A DNA stretch of 64,000 nt, taken from the NCBI GenBank assembly GCA_963664815.2, contig CAXXHB010000003.1, positions 1,248,001-1,312,000 of the forward strand. Direction: 5' to 3'. A model generated the notes under the pieces. That model ran no database searches. It had not been told where the DNA came from and saw nothing but the letters and a program-made list of their open reading frames with translations. Source of the DNA: Spirochaetota bacterium. Lineage in GTDB: Bacteria; Spirochaetota; UBA4802; UBA5550. The first letter of the stretch is position 1. Each line of letters opens with the position of its first letter. A program made the translations under genes and the position numbers. Below, piece by piece: positions 49,193 through 59,104 of the stretch.

Positions 49193-51295
49193 ATGGTGAA
49201 AAATAAAATTTTTAACAGATTACTGAAATCAGCGGGTTTTATAAAAGTTCATAATGAAAAGTACATTATTGTGAAAGCATTTGAATCTGCAGCTAACGCT
49301 GTAGTCATCACTGACATCAGAGGAAAAATACTATGGGTGAACGAATCCTATTTAAAAGTAACAGGATACAAAAGGGATGAAGTTGTTGATAATTATATTG
49401 ATGTTCTTTTAAATTCGGAGAGATATGATGAAGAATTTTATAAAAATATACTGAATAAACTACTGACAGACGGGATCTGGAGGGGTATTCTTGTTTACGA
49501 AAAAAAAGATGGAACGCTGTATCCCGAAGAACAGACAATAACACCTTTTCGAGATGAAAAGGGTGAAGTTACAGGGTTTATAAGCGTACAGATTGATATT
49601 AAAGAAAAAACCGGTATTGAACAGGATCAGACGGAGAGCAGAAAAAGACTGGAATTGTTTTTCAGGCAGTCTCCGGATGGATTCTTTTTTATGATTCTGG
49701 ATGAGCCTGTAAAGTGGGATGAAAACTCTGACAAAGAGACTCTCCTTGATTATATTTTTGCACACCTGAAAATTACCCATGTCAATCAGGCTTTGATTGT
49801 CCAGTCCGGTGGTACTTTTGAAGAATACATCGGGTTAACTCCATCTGATATTTATAAGCATAATATTCCTGAAGGGAGAAGAGTCTGGAAAGATTTTTTT
49901 GACAGCGGCATTAAACATATAGAGACAATAGCAAGAAAATTTGATGGTACTCCGTTTTATATTGAAGGTGATTATTTTGTAATATATGATAATTATGGCC
50001 GCATCCTGGGGAGCTTCGGAATTCACAGAGATATTACGTTAAGGAAAAAAAATGAAGAAGCATTGAAGCAGAAAAGCGAGGAGATGGAGCGTTTTTTTAC
50101 AGTGACTCTTGATCTTCTGTGTATTATCGATACTGAAGGCTATTTCATAAGGGTTAACAGGGAGTGGGAGAGGATACTCGGTTATTCAATGGATGAACTT
50201 GAAGGGAGAAGCTTCATGGAATTTGTACATCCGGATGATATACAATCCACAAACCGGTTTCTTGAGGCTTTAACTGACCAGGTGCCGGTTCTTAATTTTA
50301 CAAACAGATACCGCAACAGTGAAGGTAATTACAGGTTCATTGAATGGCGCTCTTATCCAACCGGAAAATATATTTATACTGCCGCAAGGGATATTACCGA
50401 AAGAATAAATTATGAACTTGAACTGAATAAACTTGCCGAGCGATTGACACTAGCAACTGAATCTGCGGGAATGGGCATATGGGACTGGGATATAGTAAAT
50501 AATGTAATTATCTGGGATAGCCAGATGTACAATCTATACGGAATAAAAGAGGATGTAACAGAGGGATTATACGGTTTATGGGAAAAAAAAATTCATCCGG
50601 ATGACCGCAAGTCAATTGTATCATTTTTCTCATCAGGCGTGAAGGAGCTTTCAACTTTTAAAGGGAGTTTCAGAATTATATGGCCAGACGGGACAATACA
50701 TTATCTGGAGGGTCACGCTCAGGTAATCAGGGGCCTGGATGGAAAGGCTGAGAGAATTACAGGTGTAACACGCGATATAACCGAGAGTAAAAAAATGGAG
50801 GAGAAACTTGTTGCTCTCTCAACAACGGACCCGCTGACATGCGCGTATAACAGACGCTATCTTTTAATTGTGCTTGAATCTGAAATCAACAGAGCCGTCA
50901 GGTATAATGCTGTTTTTTCGCTTATTATGTTTGATCTGGATCATTTCAAGCATATTAATGATAACTTTGGTCATGATGCAGGTGATGAAATCCTTAAAAA
51001 AATAGTAGCTATGATGAATCGAAGGATACGCAGGAATGATGTTCTCGCAAGATGGGGAGGGGAAGAATTTATGATACTTCTTCCCGGAACAGGTCTTGAT
51101 AGTGCCGGGATATTTGCTGATAAGCTCATAAATGAAGTGAGGAATATGTCATTCAGCCTGTCAGGGAATATAACCGCAAGTTTCGGTGTAACAGAATACC
51201 GCAGGAATGAAACATCAGATTCGGTGCTGAAACGTGTGGATGAACTGGTTTATCTTGCGAAGAATGAGGGGCGTAATTGTGTAAGAGCCTCATAA
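49193..51295 (+). CDS. Multi-PAS diguanylate cyclase
   Basis: Four PAS/PAC-like repeats; DPLT..YNRR, DLDHFK, RRND I-site, GGEEF. Confidence 0.94.
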   Translation: MVKNKIFNRLLKSAGFIKVHNEKYIIVKAFESAANAVVITDIRGKILWVNESYLKVTGYKRDEVVDNYIDVLLNSERYDEEFYKNILNKLLTDGIWRGILVYEKKDGTLYPEEQTITPFRDEKGEVTGFISVQIDIKEKTGIEQDQTESRKRLELFFRQSPDGFFFMILDEPVKWDENSDKETLLDYIFAHLKITHVNQALIVQSGGTFEEYIGLTPSDIYKHNIPEGRRVWKDFFDSGIKHIETIARKFDGTPFYIEGDYFVIYDNYGRILGSFGIHRDITLRKKNEEALKQKSEEMERFFTVTLDLLCIIDTEGYFIRVNREWERILGYSMDELEGRSFMEFVHPDDIQSTNRFLEALTDQVPVLNFTNRYRNSEGNYRFIEWRSYPTGKYIYTAARDITERINYELELNKLAERLTLATESAGMGIWDWDIVNNVIIWDSQMYNLYGIKEDVTEGLYGLWEKKIHPDDRKSIVSFFSSGVKELSTFKGSFRIIWPDGTIHYLEGHAQVIRGLDGKAERITGVTRDITESKKMEEKLVALSTTDPLTCAYNRRYLLIVLESEINRAVRYNAVFSLIMFDLDHFKHINDNFGHDAGDEILKKIVAMMNRRIRRNDVLARWGGEEFMILLPGTGLDSAGIFADKLINEVRNMSFSLSGNITASFGVTEYRRNETSDSVLKRVDELVYLAKNEGRNCVRAS

Positions 51296-51326
51296 CCGGA
51301 TTCATTAACAAATCAATGAAATAAAA

Positions 51327-51355
51327 TTGACTCTTTAATTGATAGAATATATAAT
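51327..51355 (+). promoter_or_regulatory. Near-consensus sigma70 promoter
   Basis: TTGACT-17 bp-TATAAT; implies a ~190-nt leader before the His-rich gene. Confidence 0.75.
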
Positions 51356-51550
51356 AGATATGTTGTGAAACTGCATCAAACACTTGCAGTGGTTAGACTC
51401 TGTTTTTATGAAGCTGGGTTCGGGGTTGCGTTGTGTTTGTTCACAGGTCAGTGCCCTTAATAAAGTCCGATCAGGGATTCCTGAGAGCAAAAAACGCCAG
51501 TTTGTAAACAACTCTGTTATTTAATTTTTATTTTTTATATGGAGGAAATT

Positions 51551-51814
51551 ATGAAGGAAAAAGAGGAATATAAACAGGAACATTCTCATCCCCATGTTCA
51601 CAGGCATACGCATGAACATCATCATGAGTTTGGACAGGTACATATTCATCCTCATGAACATGAGCACTCTCATATACATGAGCATATTTATATTCATCCT
51701 TCAGAAAAACGTGAAGGAGAAAGCATTCATGACCATATTCATGACGCGGAACATGGTAAACATGAACACTCTCACTTAAAAGATGAGATAGAATTACATA
51801 ATCATAAACATTAG
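51551..51814 (+). CDS. Histidine-rich putative metal-binding protein
   Basis: 87 aa with 28 His in HxH repeats; GGAGG RBS 5 nt before ATG 51551. Confidence 0.85.
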   Translation: MKEKEEYKQEHSHPHVHRHTHEHHHEFGQVHIHPHEHEHSHIHEHIYIHPSEKREGESIHDHIHDAEHGKHEHSHLKDEIELHNHKH

Positions 51815-51857
51815 ATTTTATTTGACAATAAGTTCTTTTTTAAGGATAATTATAAAC

Positions 51858-51887
51858 AAAAAACCCGGTTATTTTACCGGGTTTTTT
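51858..51887. terminator. Bidirectional intrinsic terminator
   Basis: AAAAAACCCGGT-tatttt-ACCGGGTTTTTT between the convergent His-rich and csp genes. Confidence 0.9.
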
Positions 51888-51913
51888 ACAGGTTTAAAAT
51901 ATAACGTAATTAT

Positions 51914-52114
51914 TTATATTACAGAGACCTGCACTGCTCTTGGGCCCCTGTCAGTTTTTTCGATATCAAATTGAACGCTGGCACCTTCTTTAAGGGTTTT
52001 AAAGCCTTCACCAAGTATACTTGAGTGGTGAACAAAATAATCTTTACCATCTGTAGCTGAAATAAAACCATAACCTTTTTGGTCGTTAAACCATTTAACT
52101 GTTCCTTGAGACAT
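51914..52114 (-). CDS. Cold-shock protein (CspA family)
   Basis: GTVKWFNDQKGYGFI (RNP1), YFVHHS (RNP2); 66 aa. Confidence 0.97.
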   Translation of the reverse strand: MSQGTVKWFNDQKGYGFISATDGKDYFVHHSSILGEGFKTLKEGASVQFDIEKTDRGPRAVQVSVI

Positions 52115-52236
52115 TGTTGAGCTCCTGAGTGTTTAATAAGGGTTACCCCCGTCTGATCGGGCGTTAAATACTGCTATGAAGTTAACCTTGAGAGGCGAAC
52201 TAGAAGAATTTACGAAGCCTAATCTAACTTACAGTC

Positions 52237-52264
52237 TTTATAATTGATATACGATTTTTGTCAA
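52237..52264 (-). promoter_or_regulatory. Sigma70-like promoter of csp, giving a ~115-nt 5' UTR
   Basis: TTGACA-16 bp-TATAAA on the minus strand; long leaders are typical of csp genes. Confidence 0.55.
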
Positions 52265-52328
52265 TTCTTAAATGTAATAAAGGTGTTTTTTTATATTTAT
52301 TGTATAATTCTGTAATAGTATAAAAAGC

Positions 52329-53813
52329 CTATCCTCTTAAACTTCGGTTTCTCCCCTCGGTTTTTGCTTTATAAAGTGCTGAATCCGCTCTTGCAAGAAT
52401 AGAATCGAGGGTATCACCTTTCCTGAATCCTGAAACTCCGCAGCTTATTGTTATATTGTGTTTATCAGATAATCCATTATCATGCTTTTTGAAGAATTCG
52501 CTTGTTTCAACCTGCTTTCTTATTCTCTCTGCAGCGAGAAGGGCGCTCTCCTCGTCGCCATGTGTCAGAATAATAAATTCATCCCCTCCCCATCTGACCA
52601 GTGTGTCTGTAAGTCTCATGACACTTCGTGCAATTACTGCCAGATTTTTTATTGATGAATCCCCTGTTATATGCCCCATTGTGTCATTTATGGTTTTAAA
52701 GTGATCTATATCGAAAATTATGAGTGAAAATGGAGTGCCGTTTCTGTTGTAGTTGTAGACTGATTTTCTGAATTGCAGGTCGAACTCTCTTCTGTTATTC
52801 GCGCCTGTAAGTTCATCTGTTGCTGCCATATATTCGAGCCTGCTCTGGAAATAATTAACAACGAAAATACAAATTCCTATAACAAGGCATGAGAGAATTA
52901 CTCCAAGGAAAAGGTTCGCAATAATGCTTTTCATTATAATACCCATCCTGGATTTTTCATCAATCTCAACAAATAAGAACCAGTTGAATTCAGGAATGTA
53001 TCTTACAGTCAGAAGAATATGTTCGTTGTTTCTGTTAAACTCATACATCGAAGTGGACTCTCTCGATGAAAGAATAACATCTGCTATATCCTTAATGCCT
53101 TTGAGTTTATGAATATCGGCATGCTCTGTCAGTTTTTCATTCGGATGAGCCTGAACTATCCCGTTTATGTTAACAAGGTACACAGTGCTGCCGTACACGT
53201 TCATATATGATTTCAGGAGAGCTGTTATGCTGTCCATTTTTAATCCTGCACCTGTTACACCCAGAAGATTTTTCCGGTAATCGAGAACCCTGTGATTGAT
53301 AAAAATTGTGAGAGTGTTCTTTTCAGCTTCGTTTGTATCTACATCAAGCTCATAATCATGCCCTGATTCAATAAATTTATAGTACCACTCATCATGTGCA
53401 TCATTTTTTGATATAACTTTTGTTATACCGTTGAAGTGATAGTATTTTTTTGTTTTTTCAGAGATAAAAAAAGTAGTAAAAAAACTGTACTTATCGTTAA
53501 TCTCTTTAAGGTATTTTATAATTTTCGAAGGATCGTTTTCCCCGGAAATAGCCCAGTCTTTTAAAAAAGTATCATTTGCCATAAGGGAGGAGAGAAAGAC
53601 CGGTCTTACAAGGTTGGTCTGTATTTCTGTGTAGATGTTATCCCTTGTGAGTGGTAAAACTCCATTAATCAGATTCTCCCTGACAGATTTCTGCGAGGCC
53701 TTATAGTTCAGATAATTGGAAATTACCAGACTCGATAATAATATAGTCGTAAGTGTAAGTGTGAGTTTCAATCTGATTGAAATCTTTCCGGCTGTTAACA
53801 GTTTTGATAACAT
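52329..53813 (-). CDS. Membrane Cache-domain diguanylate cyclase
   Basis: TM-Cache-TM; DELTGANNRR, DIDHFK, RLTD I-site, GGDEF. Confidence 0.93.
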   Translation of the reverse strand: MLSKLLTAGKISIRLKLTLTLTTILLSSLVISNYLNYKASQKSVRENLINGVLPLTRDNIYTEIQTNLVRPVFLSSLMANDTFLKDWAISGENDPSKIIKYLKEINDKYSFFTTFFISEKTKKYYHFNGITKVISKNDAHDEWYYKFIESGHDYELDVDTNEAEKNTLTIFINHRVLDYRKNLLGVTGAGLKMDSITALLKSYMNVYGSTVYLVNINGIVQAHPNEKLTEHADIHKLKGIKDIADVILSSRESTSMYEFNRNNEHILLTVRYIPEFNWFLFVEIDEKSRMGIIMKSIIANLFLGVILSCLVIGICIFVVNYFQSRLEYMAATDELTGANNRREFDLQFRKSVYNYNRNGTPFSLIIFDIDHFKTINDTMGHITGDSSIKNLAVIARSVMRLTDTLVRWGGDEFIILTHGDEESALLAAERIRKQVETSEFFKKHDNGLSDKHNITISCGVSGFRKGDTLDSILARADSALYKAKTEGRNRSLRG

Positions 53814-54026
53814 ACATTTACCTGTCAGAGTGATATTTATTCTGATTGATTAAAAAATATAACGGGTTATGATTATAAAAGACTCTGATCCGTCTGATAA
53901 CTATAGTAATCTGCTTCAGATTTTTAGTAAACAAGGATTTATAATATGAAACTAAAATATTTAATGCCGGTTTTCATTGTGAAAAAAGTATACTTTCCGT
54001 GTGGATAAAAAATGCAGATAAAAAAT

Positions 54027-56582
54027 TCAGTTTTTATCATCTCTCTCAATAAATCTTGAAACTGTTTTGATAAGATAATCCATATTAACCGGTTTTGATA
54101 TATAGTCATCGAGCCCGGCTGCACTGATCTTTTCCCTGTCTTCAGGCATCGTGTAAGCGGTGAGGGCTATTATTGGTATGTCGGATTTATCACCGAACTC
54201 CTCCCTTTTCCTGATGCGTTTTGTAGCTTCAATTCCATCCATCTCAGGCATCTGTATATCCATGAGTATGCAGTCGGGATTCTCTTTTTTGAGAATTTTT
54301 AACGTTTCAATTCCGTTCTCTGCTTCAAGTATTCTGTAACCTGATTTTTCAAGTATCCTCTTTAATGCCAGTCTGTTTATTCTTTCATCTTCAGCAATCA
54401 GTATTGTACACATGTTGCCGCTTTTATTCAGTTTTTCATTTAATACCGGCTTAAGAATTATCGCCTGGTTTTCCGGTAATTTTACTGTTATTGAACATTC
54501 CACAAATGTGCCTTCTCCCGGATTGCTATCAATATTAATAGTCCCGTTCATCAGGTTGACAAGGTGTTTTACAAGAGTTAGTCCCAGACCCGCTCCCTGG
54601 AATGTTCTTCTGTATGAATTCTCACCCTGACGGAATGGTTCAAATATCCTGGTAAGCATATCATTTGCTATTCCAATGCCAGTGTCTTTTACTGATATAA
54701 TAATATTTACTTCTCCATATAGTGAGACATTTTCTGCTGAAATGTTGACGGATATCTCGCCATTTTTTGTAAACTTGACCGCATTTGATACAAGGTTGAC
54801 AAGAATCTGTCGTATCCTGATTTCGTCTCCTATTACTTCATCCGGGACTCCCTCTTCTATATTCAGTAATAGTTTTACCCCTTTTTCCTCACATTCATTA
54901 AAGTACCTCTCTTTAATAAAGCTGAAGATATCCCTGAGGCTGAATTGTGTTTCATTGAGAACGAGTTTATCAGATTCGACCCTGGAGAGATCGAGTATAT
55001 CATTCAGCAGTCTTGTCAGTCTCATACCAGATTTCATTGCTATGTTGACGTAATTGGCCTGTTCATCATTTACGCCGGTAGTCTGTATAAGCTGAAGCAT
55101 ACCGAGAATTCCATTCAGCGGTGTGCGGACTTCATGGCTCATATTGGCAAGAAAATCGCTCTTGATACTGTTTGCAGATTCTGCCGTTTCTTTTGCAGCC
55201 AGGATATCTTCCTCGTATTTTTTTCTTGAAGTATTGTCTTCAATAATTCCCAGGCCCCCTGTTATGCTTCCGTTTGGTAATTTTATAGGTGTGAACATCG
55301 CCCTTATGTTGGTGGATTTGGTTGATGTTACTGAGCGATATTCACCTTCAAAATAACCGGTTTCACCATTGATGACTTTTTTTATGGAGGCAGCAAGTTC
55401 TGTATCCGGGATGTTTAACATGTTAAAGCCGATAAGCCTATCCCTGGTTGAATCAAGTATTCTGGCAAGACTGTCGTTACATGTTGTTATTTCGCCATTG
55501 GGATTGAAATGCAGAATTCCCAGCGGGGCATGCTCGATTATAAGCCTGGAACGCTCCTCGCTTTCCATCAATGCTTTTTCCGAGAATTTATGCCTGGTCA
55601 ACTCTTCTGAAAGACGTATAGTTTGAGTTTTAATCTTTTTCTTTAATGTCCATGACCATATGAGTATAGCAAGATACAGCAGAATTACCGGGATAAATAT
55701 TAATGACATTATTTTTAAAACGATATGGTTAATGTAATTCTCTTCCACTATACCGAACCATTTATTATATATCGTTCCATACCTGCCGTTTATCTTAATG
55801 ATTTTCAATCCTTCATTGATACCGGAAATAAGCTGTTTATCTTTCTTTAAAGAAATATAATAGTACTTCTCAATTATAATGGGGTCACCTGCGGGAACGA
55901 CATTTTCAATACCGTATGTTTTAGTGAGGTATAAACCGAGATATTTATTTAAAATGGTGTAGGAATTATGATTAAGAGAAATGTGTGATATTGAATCAAT
56001 AAGCCTGTCTGTATATTTAATTTTTTTATCCGGGCTGTTTTTTTTAATATAGTCATCTATAAAACTTCTTTTATACGTTACAGGATTCAATCCTTCCAGA
56101 TGGTGGCTGTTAAAGTAATAAATGTCTGTGCTGTTGATAAAAACGGAGTACCTGAATTCATGGTATGGTATTGAATAGTTGTAAATTTTCAGATTTTCAT
56201 CGGTAAGAACCGCTTTCTGGACAATATCAATATTACCAGATTCCAGCTCTTTATAAATTGTCTCAATATCTCCGAGTTTTAATTCGACGTTCCAGCCCAT
56301 CTCTTCTGATATTGCTTTTGTCAGATCCACAGTGAATCCGGCAGGTGACCCGTTATTGTCGATGAATTCATATGGCGGATTGGATGAATCTCCGCCAAAG
56401 ATTACTGTCTTTTTTTTATATCCGGGAATTGCTTCTGCTGATATTGTAAAATCCGGTGTTGCAAAAAATACGATAGTCACAACTACAATAATAAAAGCGC
56501 GGAATGCTGAGATACTGCAGTAATTACAGGATCTTTTACCAGACTTTGGTGTATGTATATAAAAGTTATTCTTCAAATTCAC
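54027..56582 (-). CDS. Hybrid sensor histidine kinase (periplasmic SBP_bac_3 - PAS - HisKA - HATPase - REC)
   Basis: PPYEF..G..AGF..DL, FLANMSHEVRTPLNG, NLVSNAVKFT, DTGIGI, GAGLGL, LMDIQMPEMDG. Confidence 0.94.
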   Translation of the reverse strand: MNLKNNFYIHTPKSGKRSCNYCSISAFRAFIIVVVTIVFFATPDFTISAEAIPGYKKKTVIFGGDSSNPPYEFIDNNGSPAGFTVDLTKAISEEMGWNVELKLGDIETIYKELESGNIDIVQKAVLTDENLKIYNYSIPYHEFRYSVFINSTDIYYFNSHHLEGLNPVTYKRSFIDDYIKKNSPDKKIKYTDRLIDSISHISLNHNSYTILNKYLGLYLTKTYGIENVVPAGDPIIIEKYYYISLKKDKQLISGINEGLKIIKINGRYGTIYNKWFGIVEENYINHIVLKIMSLIFIPVILLYLAILIWSWTLKKKIKTQTIRLSEELTRHKFSEKALMESEERSRLIIEHAPLGILHFNPNGEITTCNDSLARILDSTRDRLIGFNMLNIPDTELAASIKKVINGETGYFEGEYRSVTSTKSTNIRAMFTPIKLPNGSITGGLGIIEDNTSRKKYEEDILAAKETAESANSIKSDFLANMSHEVRTPLNGILGMLQLIQTTGVNDEQANYVNIAMKSGMRLTRLLNDILDLSRVESDKLVLNETQFSLRDIFSFIKERYFNECEEKGVKLLLNIEEGVPDEVIGDEIRIRQILVNLVSNAVKFTKNGEISVNISAENVSLYGEVNIIISVKDTGIGIANDMLTRIFEPFRQGENSYRRTFQGAGLGLTLVKHLVNLMNGTINIDSNPGEGTFVECSITVKLPENQAIILKPVLNEKLNKSGNMCTILIAEDERINRLALKRILEKSGYRILEAENGIETLKILKKENPDCILMDIQMPEMDGIEATKRIRKREEFGDKSDIPIIALTAYTMPEDREKISAAGLDDYISKPVNMDYLIKTVSRFIERDDKN

Positions 56583-56779
56583 TTATCTCTCAGGAATATA
56601 ATCTTTAAGATTAAAAACGGAATCGCCAGTTTCAGATACAATATACATGTTTTTTATTATTATTTCAATGAAATAAACTAAATCATTTTTAAAGACAGTA
56701 TAATTACGGTAGTAAGTTCGGAGGCCGGCGATTGCGGCAGCTGTATAGAAAAAGTCTAAATTGCCGGAGGATTTTTTAT

Positions 56780-57163
56780 TTACTGGTAGATTATATCTTC
56801 AATCATGTAATATTTTTCAGAACTGGAATTTTCTTTTATAACAGCTCCGATTTTATTCCCGAGAACCTGAGAACCAATCCCGGAGAATATGGATATTTTT
56901 TTGCATTTAATATCGGAATCATCCGGAAAAACAAGATGAAATTCCTCTCTTAAACCATTGCCGATATTTCTTAAGACTATTATTGAGTTTATTTTAACTA
57001 TATTATCCTTGATTTTTTGCGGGTCAACAGGTTTTGATTTAAGGATCTGCTGTTTAAGGTTGTCTAAAAGCTTTTTTTCAGATTCATCCTGAATATGATA
57101 ATTATCAAAAAGACTGAGAATCTTTTCACAATCATTTTTTGAAAATATTCTATCGCTGTTCAT
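56780..57163 (-). CDS. Rnk / GreA-GreB C-terminal domain protein
   Basis: VKINSIIVL, EFHLVFPDDSD..KISIFSGIGSQVLG..G, C-terminal IIYQ; GGAGG RBS before MNSDR. Confidence 0.8.
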   Translation of the reverse strand: MNSDRIFSKNDCEKILSLFDNYHIQDESEKKLLDNLKQQILKSKPVDPQKIKDNIVKINSIIVLRNIGNGLREEFHLVFPDDSDIKCKKISIFSGIGSQVLGNKIGAVIKENSSSEKYYMIEDIIYQ

Positions 57164-57433
57164 CAATAGATCCTCCATAATCTTCAGATTACAGGAATAT
57201 TCCTCATTGTACAAAAGTGCCTTTAATGTATTTCAATTCCCTTACATGTGAAACAGAAACAACGTAATTTCCACTTCTTGTGCAGTTATGAATAGGCGAT
57301 TATAGTATATGTAAGAAATATTTGTCAAATTCTTTATATAAATATGACAAATATTTGTATATATTCAATTATTTTCCTGATATTTATATAAATAAGCAGT
57401 ATAAGATTGAAATATCGGTGTTAATTAATGGGA

Positions 57434-59104
57434 TCATCCGCCGTCAAGATATCGTTTAATTTTTGAATTTATCGCATCGGGAATTTTTACACCAAGTGAT
57501 TTTATTCTTGTCAGATATTTGTCAAATGATGTTGAGTGGCTTGTTGTAGTCATAAGTATTTTAAAGTAGGATCTTACAGAACCTTCAACCTCTTTCCTGA
57601 ACTCTATCCTGGTATTAAGAAGGTCCTCAACAGGAGCGATTACCCTGTAGTTCACAGGCCGGCACATTGCCCTGTGTGTTACAAATCTCTGAATTATTTC
57701 ACATTCGTAATTTTCATCTTTAATACTCTTCTCGACAACGTTGAGATTGATACAGTCGATAATCTGGTATTCATACTTCCCGTGGAGGTACCGGTTGAGA
57801 AGATCAATTATCTGCCGGTAGTTTTCACATTCCAGGCATTCCCCGGAATCCTGGTTATCAATTCGCAGGTATATTATAATGTCTATATCAGAGCTGCTGC
57901 TTGAAAGACCCATGTTAAGCGATCCTACAATATCGAAAGCTATCTCTCCATGCTCATCTGTTATCTGTTCAAGAACGCTTTCCAGTTCCTGCATCCTTAT
58001 TTCTGATTCCCTGGTCTGAAACCTTCTGAAAAAATTCCGTATATCGAGGAAGAGTTCTATTTCCGGAATATGGGAATATTTTTCTGTTTTCATATCATAG
58101 TTTAGTTGAAGTTTCAGGGCATTATATCTCTCCGGATCAAGTATTTTCTCGGTGTATCTGCCGTTTTTATGAAAGTAATCGGCAATGGGGTATATGTTTT
58201 TATTGGCAAACTTCTGAAACTGGATGCGGGTAATTATTTTATCTGTACTATTCATGGTAATCTCGTAGAAAAACCCCCCTTCTGCAACTTCCCCTTTTAC
58301 AGTGGTAACTTCGCCGAAATTTGATGGATTAAGAAAGAGAGTCGAGTCACTCTGAAATAATCCCCAGTCCTCATGTATATGTCCGGTCAGGCATGCCTTT
58401 ACTCTGCTGTTTTCACAGTATGTGCGAAGCGCCGGAGAACCAGACGGACCTTTCCATGAAATCCTGTCGTGGATACCATGTGCCGGCTGGTGGGATATTA
58501 TAAAGTCCGGTTTTACAGCTTTAAAGAAGAGGTACATTTCGTTGTTTTTATCGGGTATGTTTATTCCGGCCTGGTATTTGATTATATATCTTTCGGGAAT
58601 ACCTGCTGACCATATATCCGCACCTCCATATCCTGCAAATTTTATTCCATCTATTTCATGCCACTGCATATGGAGGTCCCTTTCGTGAAGCGATGTGAAT
58701 CTCAGGTTCATGTCGTAGTTTCCCGGGAGTACAAATATCGAGGAGTTGCCTTTTATCGAGAGTATGTTTTCCAGCACCTTGTATTTCTGCTGCATAACCC
58801 GCCGCGCCCTTATTGTATACTGCTGGTAATCGAAGGCCTTCTCTTTTGTTTCACTATCGGTGGAGGGGTCATCAATCAGCGTATCTACAAAATTCTCAAG
58901 TATTTCGCCTGTTCTTTCCATTTTACGTCTGAGACCATTAAAGAACGTCTGGAGTTCATGGTAGTTGATTGCGGAATCTATATTGTAAAAGGGAATATCA
59001 ATAAGATCACCGGCTATAATATACACATCAGCCACAGTTTCAAGAAGCAGCTCATAAACTCGTGTGAATGAACCGTGTATATCCGTAAGATATATTATTT
59101 TCAT
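57434..59104 (-). CDS. Calcineurin-like metallophosphoesterase fused to a Pol-beta-type nucleotidyltransferase domain
   Basis: DIHG, GDLID, PGNYD, SHQP, GHIHE; C-terminal GS-x10-DID (GSLNMGLSSSSSDIDII). Confidence 0.85.
   Translation of the reverse strand: MKIIYLTDIHGSFTRVYELLLETVADVYIIAGDLIDIPFYNIDSAINYHELQTFFNGLRRKMERTGEILENFVDTLIDDPSTDSETKEKAFDYQQYTIRARRVMQQKYKVLENILSIKGNSSIFVLPGNYDMNLRFTSLHERDLHMQWHEIDGIKFAGYGGADIWSAGIPERYIIKYQAGINIPDKNNEMYLFFKAVKPDFIISHQPAHGIHDRISWKGPSGSPALRTYCENSRVKACLTGHIHEDWGLFQSDSTLFLNPSNFGEVTTVKGEVAEGGFFYEITMNSTDKIITRIQFQKFANKNIYPIADYFHKNGRYTEKILDPERYNALKLQLNYDMKTEKYSHIPEIELFLDIRNFFRRFQTRESEIRMQELESVLEQITDEHGEIAFDIVGSLNMGLSSSSSDIDIIIYLRIDNQDSGECLECENYRQIIDLLNRYLHGKYEYQIIDCINLNVVEKSIKDENYECEIIQRFVTHRAMCRPVNYRVIAPVEDLLNTRIEFRKEVEGSVRSYFKILMTTTSHSTSFDKYLTRIKSLGVKIPDAINSKIKRYLDGG

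Noticed and set aside
51594-51779. 61-aa Met/Ile-rich ORF overlapping the His-rich gene
   Set aside because: Frame-shift shadow of repeated CAT codons; no RBS.
54000-54008. Perfect DnaA box TGTGGATAA
   Set aside because: Isolated single box with no cluster or origin-type gene context.
57230-57260. Solo CRISPR-repeat-like 31-mer (minus strand GTTTCTGTTTCACATGTAAGGGAATTGAAAT)
   Set aside because: GTTT...ATTGAAAT ends are suggestive, but I saw only a single copy with no spacer periodicity. Worth revisiting only if it matches the genome's real CRISPR repeat.
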